A stretch of DNA of 64,000 nucleotides, taken from Clostridium thermobutyricum (lineage in GTDB: Bacteria; Bacillota; Clostridia; Ch29). Below are positions 19,544 through 29,515 of this stretch, piece by piece. Below the pieces are notes generated by a model. That model did not search any database and was not told the DNA's origin. It saw nothing but the letters and a program-made list of their open reading frames with translations. The DNA is taken from contig JAENYX010000012.1 of NCBI GenBank assembly GCA_016841565.1, positions 619 through 64,618 of the forward strand, read 5' to 3'. The position numbers were made by a program, and so were the translations under genes. Position 1 is the stretch's first letter, and every line of letters starts with the position of its first letter.

Positions 19544-19592
19544 AAGGGGACAGCGCTTTTGTCGGGTATTCCCTGCTGCGAAATGTCCCCTT
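19544..19592. promoter_or_regulatory. Leader hairpin plus U-tract in the divergent regulatory region (attenuator-like)
   Basis: AAGGGGACA...TGTCCCCTT 9-bp GC-rich stem followed by TTTTTATTG on the plus strand. On the minus-strand mRNA it sits 9 nt upstream of the permease RBS. Confidence 0.35.
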
Positions 19593-19823
19593 TTTATTGC
19601 CCCCAGGGTTTTGGATTGGATGATGTCAATACAATTAACTAATAAATATGCACCATTCTTAGAATTGATGTACGGCACATAAATATTTCTAATATGTTAT
19701 CAAAAACCCATTATACATTCTATGGTGTATACAACAAAAATAACTTGAAACTTTGGTGCTGTTGATGATATAGTGTTAGAAATATACCTGTAAGAAAATA
19801 CATTCAGGAGGGAGGCTACCGGA

Positions 19824-21692
19824 ATGCCGGCTTATGGAAAGGCCGCCAAAGGAAAGATAGAACGACTTGAAGCACTGTTGGATACTGCCAAACTGCTCAA
19901 TTCCACCCAGGAAACCGATCATATCCTCAATACCCTGATAGAAGAAACCCTGAGGCTGCTGGATACCGGAGATGCTGCAATTCTGTTCCTCTTAAACAGC
20001 ACCACCAACCTTCTTGAAGTGAAATCATACAAAGGGTTTGACCGGGAGATTGAGAAAGTAAAGCTAAGGCAGGGAGAATCAATGACCGGAATTACATTGG
20101 CCCGGAAAAGTCCCATGCTCTTTCAAACCGCAGCCGAAATCCGGAAAGCACAGTCAACCATGACCGGAAGCAGTCTGGAGCTAAGCAACAGAGTGCTGGG
20201 TAAAATCCCTGCAAAGCTTAAGAGTTCAATGTGCTGCCCTCTGGTATACAGGGATGAGTGTATCGGGGTATTGGTTGTGGATAATTTTAGCAAGGATGGC
20301 TTGTTTACCACCGATGACCTTGAACTGCTGCAGGTTATCTCAAATCAGGCCACCATTGCTATTATGAATGCAATCAACTATGAAAAAGACATGAATACAA
20401 TGAAAAAGATAAAGCAGTACAACAGGATAATAAAAGAACAGCACAGGCGCTACAAGCATTCCACAATAACCCATAACAGGCTTACCAATATGGTTCTTAA
20501 AGGGTGTACTATACATGATATTGTCATGGAAATTTCTTCACTTATGGGCAAACCCATTATTGTTTATGATTCCTTTCTTAATATCAAAGCTTACAGTATG
20601 CATTTAGATAATTGTGCCGGTCATTATATGTTAAACCGGAGCACAATTAGCGACAAGCTTACCCACGCCGATCCATGGGACTACACTGAGGAAAACATCG
20701 GGTCGGCCATGCTGATGAATCCAATAGTGGTAGGTCAGGATATACTGGGCTGGATGGGTATTGTCGGAGAAACGCTGCCCTACAGGGAAATGGACAAGAT
20801 AACCGCCGAAAGAGGAAGAACAATACTTGCCCTGGAATTTCTCAAGCAAAATGAAATCCAGGAAACTGAACAAAGACTGAAGGGAGACTTTTGGGAGAAT
20901 CTCCTTGCAGACCAAAACAGGGATTATGTTAAAAAATGTGCCGAAAATTATGGGTACGATTTTTCCAAGAACTATTGCATCACTGTTATGGAACTGCGGA
21001 CCAAGGAAAGTAATGTTGATATGGAACAAGCTCTTACCACCGAGTATTTCTTCAAAAGGAAAAATGCATTCTCAATAATTTCAAGAACGGTGCCCTGTCA
21101 CTTTCCCGGTTCAATCACCATAAACAAGGGCAACCGGGTGATATTTATATTGGAACTGCCTGAAAACGGGAACAGTAAATCCATTAAAGAATCAATAGGA
21201 CACGCGCTTGAGGCTGTTGTTTCCGAAGTATCGGCATATTGCAGCCATTTTGAAATCCATACGGGAGTTGGAAGAAGGTTTGCTGATTTGTTCAAGCTCA
21301 AACCATCCTATGCCGATGCAATGCATGCGTTAAGGATTCTTGGAAAGCTGGGAACAAAGAGCCGGATTTTGTTCTTTGACGAATTGGAAGTTAAAAAGTT
21401 TTTATTCAGCAATGATCCTTCCGAGTTAAGGGAATTCGCCTGTCGAACCCTTAACGGTCTTATCAATTACCAAAACAGTTCCCGGGAAGAATTCCTGGAT
21501 ACCCTCAGGCATTATATACAAAGCAATGGGAACTGGTCATTGACACGCAACAGGCTCCACATACACGGCAACACCCTTAATTACCGCTTGAACCGCATCA
21601 AGGAAATCCTTCAATTAGACCTTGACGATTATTCCGACAGGTTGAAGATTCAGATTTCATTCGAAATTATGGACCTTCTGGATGTTATTTAA
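19824..21692 (+). CDS. PucR/CdaR-family transcriptional regulator with N-terminal GAF domain
   Basis: 622 aa. N-terminal GAF-like region (..GVLVVDNFSKDGLFT..), C-terminal PucR-type HTH (..LHIHGNTLNYRLNRIKEIL..). Divergent from the hydrolase operon. Confidence 0.8.
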   Translation: MPAYGKAAKGKIERLEALLDTAKLLNSTQETDHILNTLIEETLRLLDTGDAAILFLLNSTTNLLEVKSYKGFDREIEKVKLRQGESMTGITLARKSPMLFQTAAEIRKAQSTMTGSSLELSNRVLGKIPAKLKSSMCCPLVYRDECIGVLVVDNFSKDGLFTTDDLELLQVISNQATIAIMNAINYEKDMNTMKKIKQYNRIIKEQHRRYKHSTITHNRLTNMVLKGCTIHDIVMEISSLMGKPIIVYDSFLNIKAYSMHLDNCAGHYMLNRSTISDKLTHADPWDYTEENIGSAMLMNPIVVGQDILGWMGIVGETLPYREMDKITAERGRTILALEFLKQNEIQETEQRLKGDFWENLLADQNRDYVKKCAENYGYDFSKNYCITVMELRTKESNVDMEQALTTEYFFKRKNAFSIISRTVPCHFPGSITINKGNRVIFILELPENGNSKSIKESIGHALEAVVSEVSAYCSHFEIHTGVGRRFADLFKLKPSYADAMHALRILGKLGTKSRILFFDELEVKKFLFSNDPSELREFACRTLNGLINYQNSSREEFLDTLRHYIQSNGNWSLTRNRLHIHGNTLNYRLNRIKEILQLDLDDYSDRLKIQISFEIMDLLDVI

Positions 21693-21730
21693 AACTCTAC
21701 AATGGAAAAAAACGACCGGTTAATAGTAAA

Positions 21731-21811
21731 GCCCGGGGACTCTGGCGTAGCCGGCTTACCGGTATAGTCCACGGGAAGCCGTACATCGCAGTAGGCCCCC
21801 CGGGCGTTTTT
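21731..21811. terminator. Ornate multi-stem terminator between convergent genes
   Basis: Closing stem GCCCGGGG...CCCCGGGC (8 bp) enclosing two small internal hairpins (CCGG-cuua-CCGG and ACGG-GAAG-CCGU with a GNRA loop). It is followed by TTTTT on the plus strand, and a T-rich run follows on the minus strand too. Confidence 0.5.
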
Positions 21812-21837
21812 AGGCTTATCCTATTGTTTTAACTTTG

Positions 21838-23001
21838 TTATTTTACAGAAGTTATCCAGTCCACCACAATCCGTTTTAATATAAGAAACAACCCTGCTTT
21901 TTCCACCGTCTTTTCAGCCACCAGATCAGTATTACTTAATACTTCCCCATCCTTCCTGACTATCAGTTCTCCCAGCTTATCCCCTTGTTTTACCGGTGCA
22001 GTAACAGCTGAAGGCAGTACAATCTCTTTCTGCAGATTTTCCTCCTGACCTTTTAGTACCAGTACCTTTATGTCATCCTTCGGTTTTACGTTGACCCATC
22101 TTTCCTTACCTTTGTTTAACTCCAGTTTTTCTATGATATCATCCTTTGTTGCAAGAGGGACGGAATTGTATTTTGAAAATCCGGTATTGAGCAGTTTCTC
22201 TGCTTCCCTGAACCTTATTTCGGAAGTCGGAGAGCCCATAAGTACGGCTATAAGCCTCATATTACCCCTTACGGCAGTTGCCGACAGACAATATTTAGCC
22301 GCATCGGTAGATCCGGTCTTGAGTCCGTCCACACCCTGATATCTTCTGAGCAGCTTGTTGGTATTCACCATAGTAAAGGTGGTAAACCTTCCCTCTTTGC
22401 CTACCAAAATATCCTCCATCCAAATGGTTGTCCAATCGAATATTTTGCTGTGCTTTATCAATTCCCTGGACATAAGAGCCACGTCATAGGCCGATGTGTA
22501 ATGATTTTCATCATGCAGACCATGGGGATTTACAAAGTTGGTATCATTCATTCCCAATTCCTTTGCCCTTTGATTCATAATCCCTACAAATGCTTCTTCG
22601 GTTCCTGCCACATGCTCGGCAAGAGCAACGCTTGCATCGTTACCTGAAGCTACCACAATGGCTTTCAGAAGCTGTTCCACCGTCTTGGTCTCTTCCGGTT
22701 CCATATATATCTGGCTTCCTCCCATACCGGCCGCATTTCTGCTAATAACAACCTGGTCATCCAGTGAAATTTTTCCGTTTTCCAGACTTTCCATGGCAAT
22801 CAGAGCTGTCATAATTTTTGTAACACTTGCAGGAAAGAGCTTTTTATGAGCATCCTGTTCCATAAGAAAGGTGCCGCTGCCGGCATCCATTAAGACAGCA
22901 CCCTGCGCATTTATGGTGATTTCATTGGCATAGGCCGGGTAGGAAAATGCAATCAATAATATTATCAGTAGTATTAATGTGCTAAATATCTTTGTTCTCA
23001 T
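21838..23001 (-). CDS. dacF: D-alanyl-D-alanine carboxypeptidase (PBP5-type; DacF/DacA-like)
   Basis: Signal peptide, then SVTK (SxxK), SGND and KTG motifs. Synteny with pdp, deoB and xerD matches the Bacillus dacF neighbourhood. Confidence 0.8.
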   Translation of the reverse strand: MRTKIFSTLILLIILLIAFSYPAYANEITINAQGAVLMDAGSGTFLMEQDAHKKLFPASVTKIMTALIAMESLENGKISLDDQVVISRNAAGMGGSQIYMEPEETKTVEQLLKAIVVASGNDASVALAEHVAGTEEAFVGIMNQRAKELGMNDTNFVNPHGLHDENHYTSAYDVALMSRELIKHSKIFDWTTIWMEDILVGKEGRFTTFTMVNTNKLLRRYQGVDGLKTGSTDAAKYCLSATAVRGNMRLIAVLMGSPTSEIRFREAEKLLNTGFSKYNSVPLATKDDIIEKLELNKGKERWVNVKPKDDIKVLVLKGQEENLQKEIVLPSAVTAPVKQGDKLGELIVRKDGEVLSNTDLVAEKTVEKAGLFLILKRIVVDWITSVK

Positions 23002-23101
23002 TTTTTTCCCTCCAATTTGATGAGTTCAGTATTAGGTTAACCATCATAAAATATAGTTATTCAAAAACGCATTTATAACAATTAATTCATTCAACCAAAC
23101 C

Positions 23102-23131
23102 CGGCAGAATAAAAGAGCCGCATAACGGCTC
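23102..23131 (-). terminator. Terminator after pdp
   Basis: GAGCCG-cataa-CGGCTC hairpin followed on the minus strand by TTTTATT. Confidence 0.4.
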
Positions 23132-23218
23132 CCCTTCGCATTTGTAACTTCTTTCGGCCCGCCTTTTCATAATAAAATTATTAAAATAAAATTACAACTG
23201 GCACATATCTCTACATGA

Positions 23219-24526
23219 TTATTCTATTATTCTCTTTATTATTTCCGGATTTGCTGCCTGCCTTTCTGAAACTGTAATAGAACTCCTTAACAGCTGTACC
23301 GCCTGCTCAAGGTTTTCCCTGTCATTTATATGAAGCGTTGCAATGCTCTCCCCTTTCCTTACCGGCTGGCCTAATTTTTTGTTCATTACTATTCCCACCG
23401 CCGGGTCAATTCTGTCTTCTTTCCTGCTTCTTCCTGCCCCCAGCAGCATTGCACCAATTCCAATCCTTTCAGCATCAAGCCCGGATATATACCCATGGTT
23501 TTCTGCCATTATTTCCAACTGCTCCTTTGATTTGGGCAGTATTTCGTTGTGGTTTTCAAATACCCGGGGGTCTCCACCCTGATTCTCAACAAACCGGACG
23601 AATTTTTCGCCGGCTTTGCCCGAAGATATAAGATGCCGGGCCAATTCCCTCCCCTGCTCCATATCCTTCACTTTTTCTCCAAGCACCAGCATAGCCGCTC
23701 CCAGTTCAATGCAAAGAACGGAAAAATCCTCCGGACCCTTGCCCTTTAACGTATCAATGGCCTCCCTTACCTCAAGGGCGTTTCCTACGGCATTTCCCAG
23801 TGGTTGATTCATATCGCTTATGACAGCCATAGTCTTTCTTCCCGAGGAATTCCCTATAAGAACCATGGTATTGGCAAGCTCCTCGGCGCCTTTTATATCC
23901 TTCATAAATGCACCGCTTCCCACCTTAACATCAAGCAGTATGCAGTCTGCCCCTGCCGCCAGCTTTTTACTCATTATACTGCTGGCAATAAGAGAAATGT
24001 TATCTATGGTGGCCGTTACGTCCCTTAATGCATACAGCTTTTTATCTCCCGGGGCTATATTACCCGTTTGCCCTGTTATGGCAACCCCTATTCTTTTGAC
24101 CGAGTCTATAAATTCACCGGTAGTAAGCTCGGTTCTGAAACCTGGTATTGATTCAAGCTTATCTATTGTCCCTCCGGTGTGTCCTAACCCCCTACCCGAC
24201 ATTTTTGCCACCGGTATCCCTGCCGCTGCAATAAGAGGCGCCAATACCATTGAGGTCTTGTCTCCCACGCCACCTGTACTATGCTTATCCACCTTTACCC
24301 CGGGAATGGCCGTTAAGTCAATACAGTCCCCCGATTCCATCATACACTTTGTAAGCATAACCGTCTCTTCCTTTGACAGCTGACGTATAAAAATTGCCAT
24401 TAACAATGCTGCCGCTTGATAATCGGGTACCCGCCCTGCTACGTATTCATCAATAAAAAACTTGTATTCCTTATAATCAAGGGCTCTGTTATCTCTCTTT
24501 TTCTTTATAATATCGTACATCCTCAT
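23219..24526 (-). CDS. pdp: Pyrimidine-nucleoside (thymidine) phosphorylase
   Basis: ..KHSTGGVGDKT.. and ..SGRGLGHTGGTIDKLE.. motifs, 435 aa. Confidence 0.9.
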   Translation of the reverse strand: MRMYDIIKKKRDNRALDYKEYKFFIDEYVAGRVPDYQAAALLMAIFIRQLSKEETVMLTKCMMESGDCIDLTAIPGVKVDKHSTGGVGDKTSMVLAPLIAAAGIPVAKMSGRGLGHTGGTIDKLESIPGFRTELTTGEFIDSVKRIGVAITGQTGNIAPGDKKLYALRDVTATIDNISLIASSIMSKKLAAGADCILLDVKVGSGAFMKDIKGAEELANTMVLIGNSSGRKTMAVISDMNQPLGNAVGNALEVREAIDTLKGKGPEDFSVLCIELGAAMLVLGEKVKDMEQGRELARHLISSGKAGEKFVRFVENQGGDPRVFENHNEILPKSKEQLEIMAENHGYISGLDAERIGIGAMLLGAGRSRKEDRIDPAVGIVMNKKLGQPVRKGESIATLHINDRENLEQAVQLLRSSITVSERQAANPEIIKRIIE

Positions 24527-24540
24527 TTTCTACACCCCGC

Positions 24541-25710
24541 TTATACAATCAGATCCAAAAAACTTTTGCCGGCCTTATACCCTTCTATCTTCAAAGCATC
24601 TGCAACAGTAGCTCCTATATCAGCAAAGGATTCCCTTGTTCCGATATCCACTCCGGTCCTAATCCCTTTGCCGCAAGCCAGTATAGGTACGTATTCCCGT
24701 GAATGGTCGGTACTGTCTGTTGTGGGGTCACACCCATGGTCGGCAGTCAGAATCAGCAGGTCCTTCTCTCCAAGACATTCCATTAATCCGGCAAGTCCAT
24801 TATCCAATTCCTTAAGGGCTGTGCCGTATCCTTCCACATTGTTTCTATGGCCGTACTGCATGTCAAAATCCACAAGGTTTGTAAAGATAATACCCTTTGC
24901 ATCCTCCCGGATGAATTCCTTGGTTTTTTGTATGCCGTCACTGTTGTTTTTGGTATGTACAGACCTGGATATGCCTTTTCCATTAAATATATCTGATATT
25001 TTACCCACCGCAGACACTATGTGGCCTTGATCTTTGGCATAGTCCAACAATGTTTTTTGGGGTGGGTCCACAGAGTAATCCTTTCGGTTGTGTGTTCTGC
25101 TAAACCCTCCCGGTTTTCCTGTAAACGGCCTTGCTATGACCCTTGCCACCCTGTGCTCCCCGGTAAGAAAGCTTCTTGCCGTCTCGCATATTTTGTATAG
25201 CTCCTCAACGGGAATGACCTCCTCGTGGGCAGCTATTTGAAAAACGCTGTCGGCTGACGTATACACTATGGGGTAGCCTGTTTGCATATGCTGCCGTCCC
25301 AGCTCTTCAATTATTAAAGTACCCGAGGCCACTTTATTGCCCATTACCGGCCGCCCGATAAGCTTTTCAAAGCCTTGTATCAAATCCTCCGGGAAACCCG
25401 TTGGATATGTAGGAAAGGGTCTTTCCAGAACAACACCGGTCATCTCCCAGTGGCCTGTTATTGTATCCTTTCCATTGGACTTTTCCATGGCTCTGCCATA
25501 ACACCCTATTGGCCGTGGATGTTTTGGTATATACATGTTATTTTCAATATTACCAATCCCAAGTCTCTCAAGATTTGGCAGAGAAAAGCCCTTCAGGGAA
25601 TTGTATATATGCCCTAAAGTATTGCTTCCGCCGTCCCCATATAGATGAGCATCGGGTAACTCCCCAATGCCTACGCTGTCCATTACTATTATAACAACCC
25701 TGTCAATCAA
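24541..25710 (-). CDS. deoB: Phosphopentomutase
   Basis: MDSVGIGE N-terminus and ..TADHGCDPT.. motif, 389 aa. Confidence 0.9.
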   Translation of the reverse strand: MIDRVVIIVMDSVGIGELPDAHLYGDGGSNTLGHIYNSLKGFSLPNLERLGIGNIENNMYIPKHPRPIGCYGRAMEKSNGKDTITGHWEMTGVVLERPFPTYPTGFPEDLIQGFEKLIGRPVMGNKVASGTLIIEELGRQHMQTGYPIVYTSADSVFQIAAHEEVIPVEELYKICETARSFLTGEHRVARVIARPFTGKPGGFSRTHNRKDYSVDPPQKTLLDYAKDQGHIVSAVGKISDIFNGKGISRSVHTKNNSDGIQKTKEFIREDAKGIIFTNLVDFDMQYGHRNNVEGYGTALKELDNGLAGLMECLGEKDLLILTADHGCDPTTDSTDHSREYVPILACGKGIRTGVDIGTRESFADIGATVADALKIEGYKAGKSFLDLIV

Positions 25711-25801
25711 TACAGTTTCCCCCTTTCGGTAAGTCTCCAGTATACCAATATTATACCAAAGCTACCGGCTAAATTAACACCAAGCCTAAAAAAAAAGGGC
25801 T

Positions 25802-26689
25802 TCATGCCCTTGGATGTGCCTTGTTATATACGTCTTTTATTCTGTTCTTTGTAAGCTGGGTATAAATCTGTGTTGTAGAAATATCCGAATGGCCCAGCAT
25901 TTCCTGTACCGATTTTAAGTCGGCACCATTTTCTATTAAATGGGCGGCAAAGGAATGCCGCAAAGTATGCGGGGTAATAGCCTTGTTTATTTTTGCTTTG
26001 TTCTTATATCCCTTTATTATCTTCCAGAAACCCTGCCGTGTAAGCCTTTCACCTTTATAATTAACATACAGGGCCTCCTCTGACTTATCCCTTAACAGGC
26101 CCGGCCTTATATTTTCAACGTACTTGTTAAGTATATCCAGGGCGATTGTACCCACAGGAATAATTCTTTCTTTATCGTTGTTCTTTGAGCATTGTATGTA
26201 ACCCAGTTCAATATTTATATCCCGGATATTCAGCGAAACCAGTTCCGACACCCTTATTCCGGTGGCATATAGCAATTCAAGCATTGACTTGTCTCTGGTT
26301 CCCTTAGCATCGCTGCAATCGGGTTGGTCCAGCAGTAATTCCACTTCTTTATTGCTAAGTATGGTAGGTATTCTTTTTTCAACCCTTGGGGATTCCAAAT
26401 CCATTGTAGGATCCTTATCTATGATTCTTTCAGATGCCAGGTATTGATAGAAGGCACGGATGGACGCCAGATTTCTTGAAATGGTAGAAGTGGCTCTCCC
26501 GCTCTTCTGCAGATATAACAGATAGGTTATTATTGTAGTCTTGTTGGTATTTTTCAAACTGTGTATATTTTTGCCGGAAATATACTCTATGTACTGCCTT
26601 AAGTCTCTGCCGTAGGACTCAACAGTATTATCCGAGAGCTTCCTTACATCTCTTATGTAATTTGTGAATTGCTCCAGCAAATCGTTCAT
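25802..26689 (-). CDS. xerD: Tyrosine recombinase XerD
   Basis: SAM-like N-terminal domain plus catalytic R..HxxR..Y (..HTLRHSFA.., ..GHSDISTTQIYT..). Confidence 0.85.
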   Translation of the reverse strand: MNDLLEQFTNYIRDVRKLSDNTVESYGRDLRQYIEYISGKNIHSLKNTNKTTIITYLLYLQKSGRATSTISRNLASIRAFYQYLASERIIDKDPTMDLESPRVEKRIPTILSNKEVELLLDQPDCSDAKGTRDKSMLELLYATGIRVSELVSLNIRDINIELGYIQCSKNNDKERIIPVGTIALDILNKYVENIRPGLLRDKSEEALYVNYKGERLTRQGFWKIIKGYKNKAKINKAITPHTLRHSFAAHLIENGADLKSVQEMLGHSDISTTQIYTQLTKNRIKDVYNKAHPRA

Positions 26690-26867
26690 TTATACTGAAA
26701 ACTCCTTTACCAGCTTTATATGTATAATCTATATTTCAACAAAAATTTGAAAAGTCCTCTAATAATTCCTGCTATATCCCTACAAATTATCTATCAGTTA
26801 TTTTCTCCATCATTTGTTAAAAAATACATACCTGATTAAATAAGGTTTTATAACCGCTTTCCTATTA

Positions 26868-26897
26868 AAAAAGCTTCCCAAAAGGGAAGCTTTTTTA
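26868..26897. terminator. Bidirectional terminator after ald
   Basis: AAAAAAGCTTCCC-aaaa-GGGAAGCTTTTTT perfect palindrome abutting the ald stop. Confidence 0.6.
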
Positions 26898-26899
26898 AC

Positions 26900-28015
26900 C
26901 TATAGCACGTCGTCTGCGCAGGTATACTCAAGACCCTGATCGTCTGCAACTGCTTTGTATGTGAGTTTTCCTTTATATGTGTTAAGTCCTCTCTTCAACG
27001 CTACATCAGCCTTCATTGCAGCTTCTGCGCCCATGTTGGCCAGTTTGAGAGCATAGGGCATGGTGGCATTTGTAAGTGCAAAGGTAGAGGTCCTCGGAAC
27101 TGCGCCTGGAATATTAGGCACCGAATAATGAACTATATCATGTTTTATGAAAGTAGGATCGGCATGGCTTGTAACCTTGTCTATGGTCATAACCGTACCA
27201 CCCTGGTCTATAGCAACATCTACAATTGCTCCGCCAGGGTTCATGCTCTTAACCATTTCTTCTGTTATTAGTTTTGGCGCTTTAGCACCCGGTATCAGAA
27301 CAGCTCCTACCAAAAGGTCGGCTCCCCTGAGCGCTTGGGCGATATTGTAGCTGTTTGATATCAGGTTCTTAATCTTGTTGCCGAATATGTCATCCAGGTA
27401 TGCAAGTCTTTTTACGCTGACATCCAGAACCGTTACATCGGCGCCCAATCCAACTGCCATTTTTGCAGCGTTAGCTCCAACGTTACCGCCGCCTACAATA
27501 ACTACCTTTGCAGGAGCAACTCCCGAAACTCCGCCAAGAAGCATTCCTCTTCCGCCGGATAGTTTTTCCAGCAGCCTTGCCCCTATCTGGACAGCCATCC
27601 TGCCTGCAACTTCGCTCATAGGAGCCAGCAGCGGCAACGAACGGTCATCCGGCTGTACAGTTTCATAAGCTATACCAATTACCTTTTTGTCCAGCATAGC
27701 CTTGGTCAGCGCAGGCTCGGGTGCCAGATGCAGGTATGTAAATATAACCTGGTTTTCTCTCATCAGGTCATATTCTGCCTTAAGGGGCTCCTTTACCTTC
27801 ATAATCATGTCGGCCTGAGCAAATACATCTTTACCGGACTCCAGCATTACAGCACCGGCTGATGCATATTCCTTGTCTGTGATACTGCTTCCCAGTCCTG
27901 CCGATTTTTCTATAACTACTTTATGTCCTGCCTTAACGAAAGCTTCTACGCCGGCCGGTGTAATTGCAACCCTGTTTTCATTTGCCTTAATCTCTTTCGG
28001 TACGCCGATTATCAT
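26900..28015 (-). CDS. ald: Alanine dehydrogenase
   Basis: MIIGVPKEIK..ENRVA N-terminus and ..VIVGGGNVG.. NAD-binding motif. Start taken at the 4th Met of the ORF-track frame. Confidence 0.9.
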   Translation of the reverse strand: MIIGVPKEIKANENRVAITPAGVEAFVKAGHKVVIEKSAGLGSSITDKEYASAGAVMLESGKDVFAQADMIMKVKEPLKAEYDLMRENQVIFTYLHLAPEPALTKAMLDKKVIGIAYETVQPDDRSLPLLAPMSEVAGRMAVQIGARLLEKLSGGRGMLLGGVSGVAPAKVVIVGGGNVGANAAKMAVGLGADVTVLDVSVKRLAYLDDIFGNKIKNLISNSYNIAQALRGADLLVGAVLIPGAKAPKLITEEMVKSMNPGGAIVDVAIDQGGTVMTIDKVTSHADPTFIKHDIVHYSVPNIPGAVPRTSTFALTNATMPYALKLANMGAEAAMKADVALKRGLNTYKGKLTYKAVADDQGLEYTCADDVL

Positions 28016-28044
28016 ATAACACACTCCCCTAAAATTATTTAAAA

Positions 28045-28081
28045 AGCATAGCTAAGTATTATATAACTGCAAACAACAGTT
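28045..28081. promoter_or_regulatory. 15-bp perfect inverted repeat upstream of ald (candidate operator)
   Basis: AGTATTATATAACTG-caaacaa-CAGTTATATAATACT, 30-65 nt upstream of the ald start and 3' of spoIIM. Confidence 0.3.
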
Positions 28082-28143
28082 ATATAATACTTATTAGAAG
28101 TATTCGCTATACTTTTTAAAATCCCTTTTTTTACAATAAATTT

Positions 28144-28764
28144 TTAACGATTGGAGAATAGCTTCATGAAAACCGGAGTTATATAACCTTCTATGAGAGA
28201 TCCTGCCAGTATTATGGCCAGTACAAGCAGAATGTTCATTGTATAAACGATTAGTTCACTCGAAAAACTTTTCTTGGATTTGGTTTTTTTCCTGCCCAGC
28301 ATTGAAAGGGAAAACGAAATACCCAGCACACCGGCCATTATTATTCCGGGTACAATCAACAGGTTTTGGGGAAGAATTGCAGCCAATGCAAACAACAGAC
28401 CTTTAAAACCCATTTCCTCCACAAGAAAACTTACCGAAAAACCTATTATAAAGCCCTTTATACCGACAAGCAGCAGAATTAATGGAATACCTATTACGGT
28501 TATTCCCAAAACCCATATTATAATAATAAATTGGGAGTTATTCAACAGGGATTGCTTAAAAACAACCACCGACTGCACTGTTTCTTCACCCAGAACATTA
28601 AAAAAACTCTGAAAATAATTGACCAGCTCTTCCTTTTGCACAGAGGACAGCGCATCCATGGTAAAGGCTCCTGCAGCAATACCACCTGCAAAAAACACCA
28701 GCACAATAATATAAAGCAGAAGGTTATTCATTACTTGCTTTTCTATCGCTTTTTTAAGAAGCAT
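28144..28764 (-). CDS. spoIIM: Stage II sporulation protein M
   Basis: Polytopic DUF95/SpoIIM-family membrane protein. Start taken at MLLKKAIEKQ (GGAGGTG RBS 11 nt upstream) rather than the MPGGAF extension, which lies inside a hairpin. Confidence 0.75.
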   Translation of the reverse strand: MLLKKAIEKQVMNNLLLYIIVLVFFAGGIAAGAFTMDALSSVQKEELVNYFQSFFNVLGEETVQSVVVFKQSLLNNSQFIIIIWVLGITVIGIPLILLLVGIKGFIIGFSVSFLVEEMGFKGLLFALAAILPQNLLIVPGIIMAGVLGISFSLSMLGRKKTKSKKSFSSELIVYTMNILLVLAIILAGSLIEGYITPVFMKLFSNR

Positions 28765-28799
28765 TTCCAAAAAAGCACCTCCGGGCATAACATTTACAT

Positions 28800-28845
28800 G
28801 CGTATTGCTTTAATAAATGTTATGCCCCTTTGTCCTCCATTATGT
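28800..28845 (-). promoter_or_regulatory. 13-bp perfect inverted-repeat stem-loop in the spoIIM 5' leader
   Basis: GGGCATAACATTT-(19 nt)-AAATGTTATGCCC. On the mRNA it ends about 20 nt upstream of the spoIIM start. Confidence 0.35.
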
Positions 28846-28987
28846 CATATCATTTGTCCCGCTAAATTTCACCTAAAGACACTTGTACGGACATGTCATA
28901 AGTAATGGCTGCAAATTTTGTTCCTGCCTGCACATATTCTAAACCGGACCTATTTATAGGTTAATTTGAATATCATTGGATTTTACG

Positions 28988-29515
28988 TTAATGAGATATT
29001 CCCCGGTTAAGCATCATAATACCGATTATTGTCTTTGCATCCATGATCTCGCCCTTAATAGCCATATCCACTGCCCTTTCAAGACTAATCTCAACCGTAT
29101 CCACCAACTCGTCCTCATCGGGATTTCTTTCGCCGTCCTTAAGCCCGGTCGCAATATACATGTGCATTACTTCGTTTGAAAAACCTGGAGAAGTATAATA
29201 TCTGGATAAATACACCATTTTTTTTGCCCTGTATCCCGTCTCTTCAGCCAGTTCCCTTGCTGCGCAAACCTTTGGGTCTTCCCCTTTTTCCAATTTGCCT
29301 GCAGGAAGCTCAAGCAGTACCTGTTCAACTGCTTTTCTGTACTGCCTCACCAGCACTATGTCTCCGTTGTCCTTTATTGCAATTATTCCCACAGCCCCGG
29401 GATGCTCTACAATTTCTCTCGTAGCGCTGTTGCCGTTTTCCAACACCACATTGTCCAACCTTAAATTAATAATCTTACCCCGGTATATAATTCTACTCTC
29501 AACAGTCTTCTCCAT
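28988..29515 (-). CDS. nudF: NUDIX hydrolase (ADP-ribose pyrophosphatase-like)
   Basis: NUDIX box ..GKLEKGEDPKVCAARELAEETG... Start taken at MEKTVESR. Confidence 0.8.
   Translation of the reverse strand: MEKTVESRIIYRGKIINLRLDNVVLENGNSATREIVEHPGAVGIIAIKDNGDIVLVRQYRKAVEQVLLELPAGKLEKGEDPKVCAARELAEETGYRAKKMVYLSRYYTSPGFSNEVMHMYIATGLKDGERNPDEDELVDTVEISLERAVDMAIKGEIMDAKTIIGIMMLNRGISH

Noticed and set aside
18802-19642. 245-aa and 183-aa plus-strand ORFs rich in Cys/His
   Set aside because: Antisense to the 397-aa permease gene. The Cys/His richness is a by-product of reading the complement of a Gly/Ala/Met-rich membrane protein.
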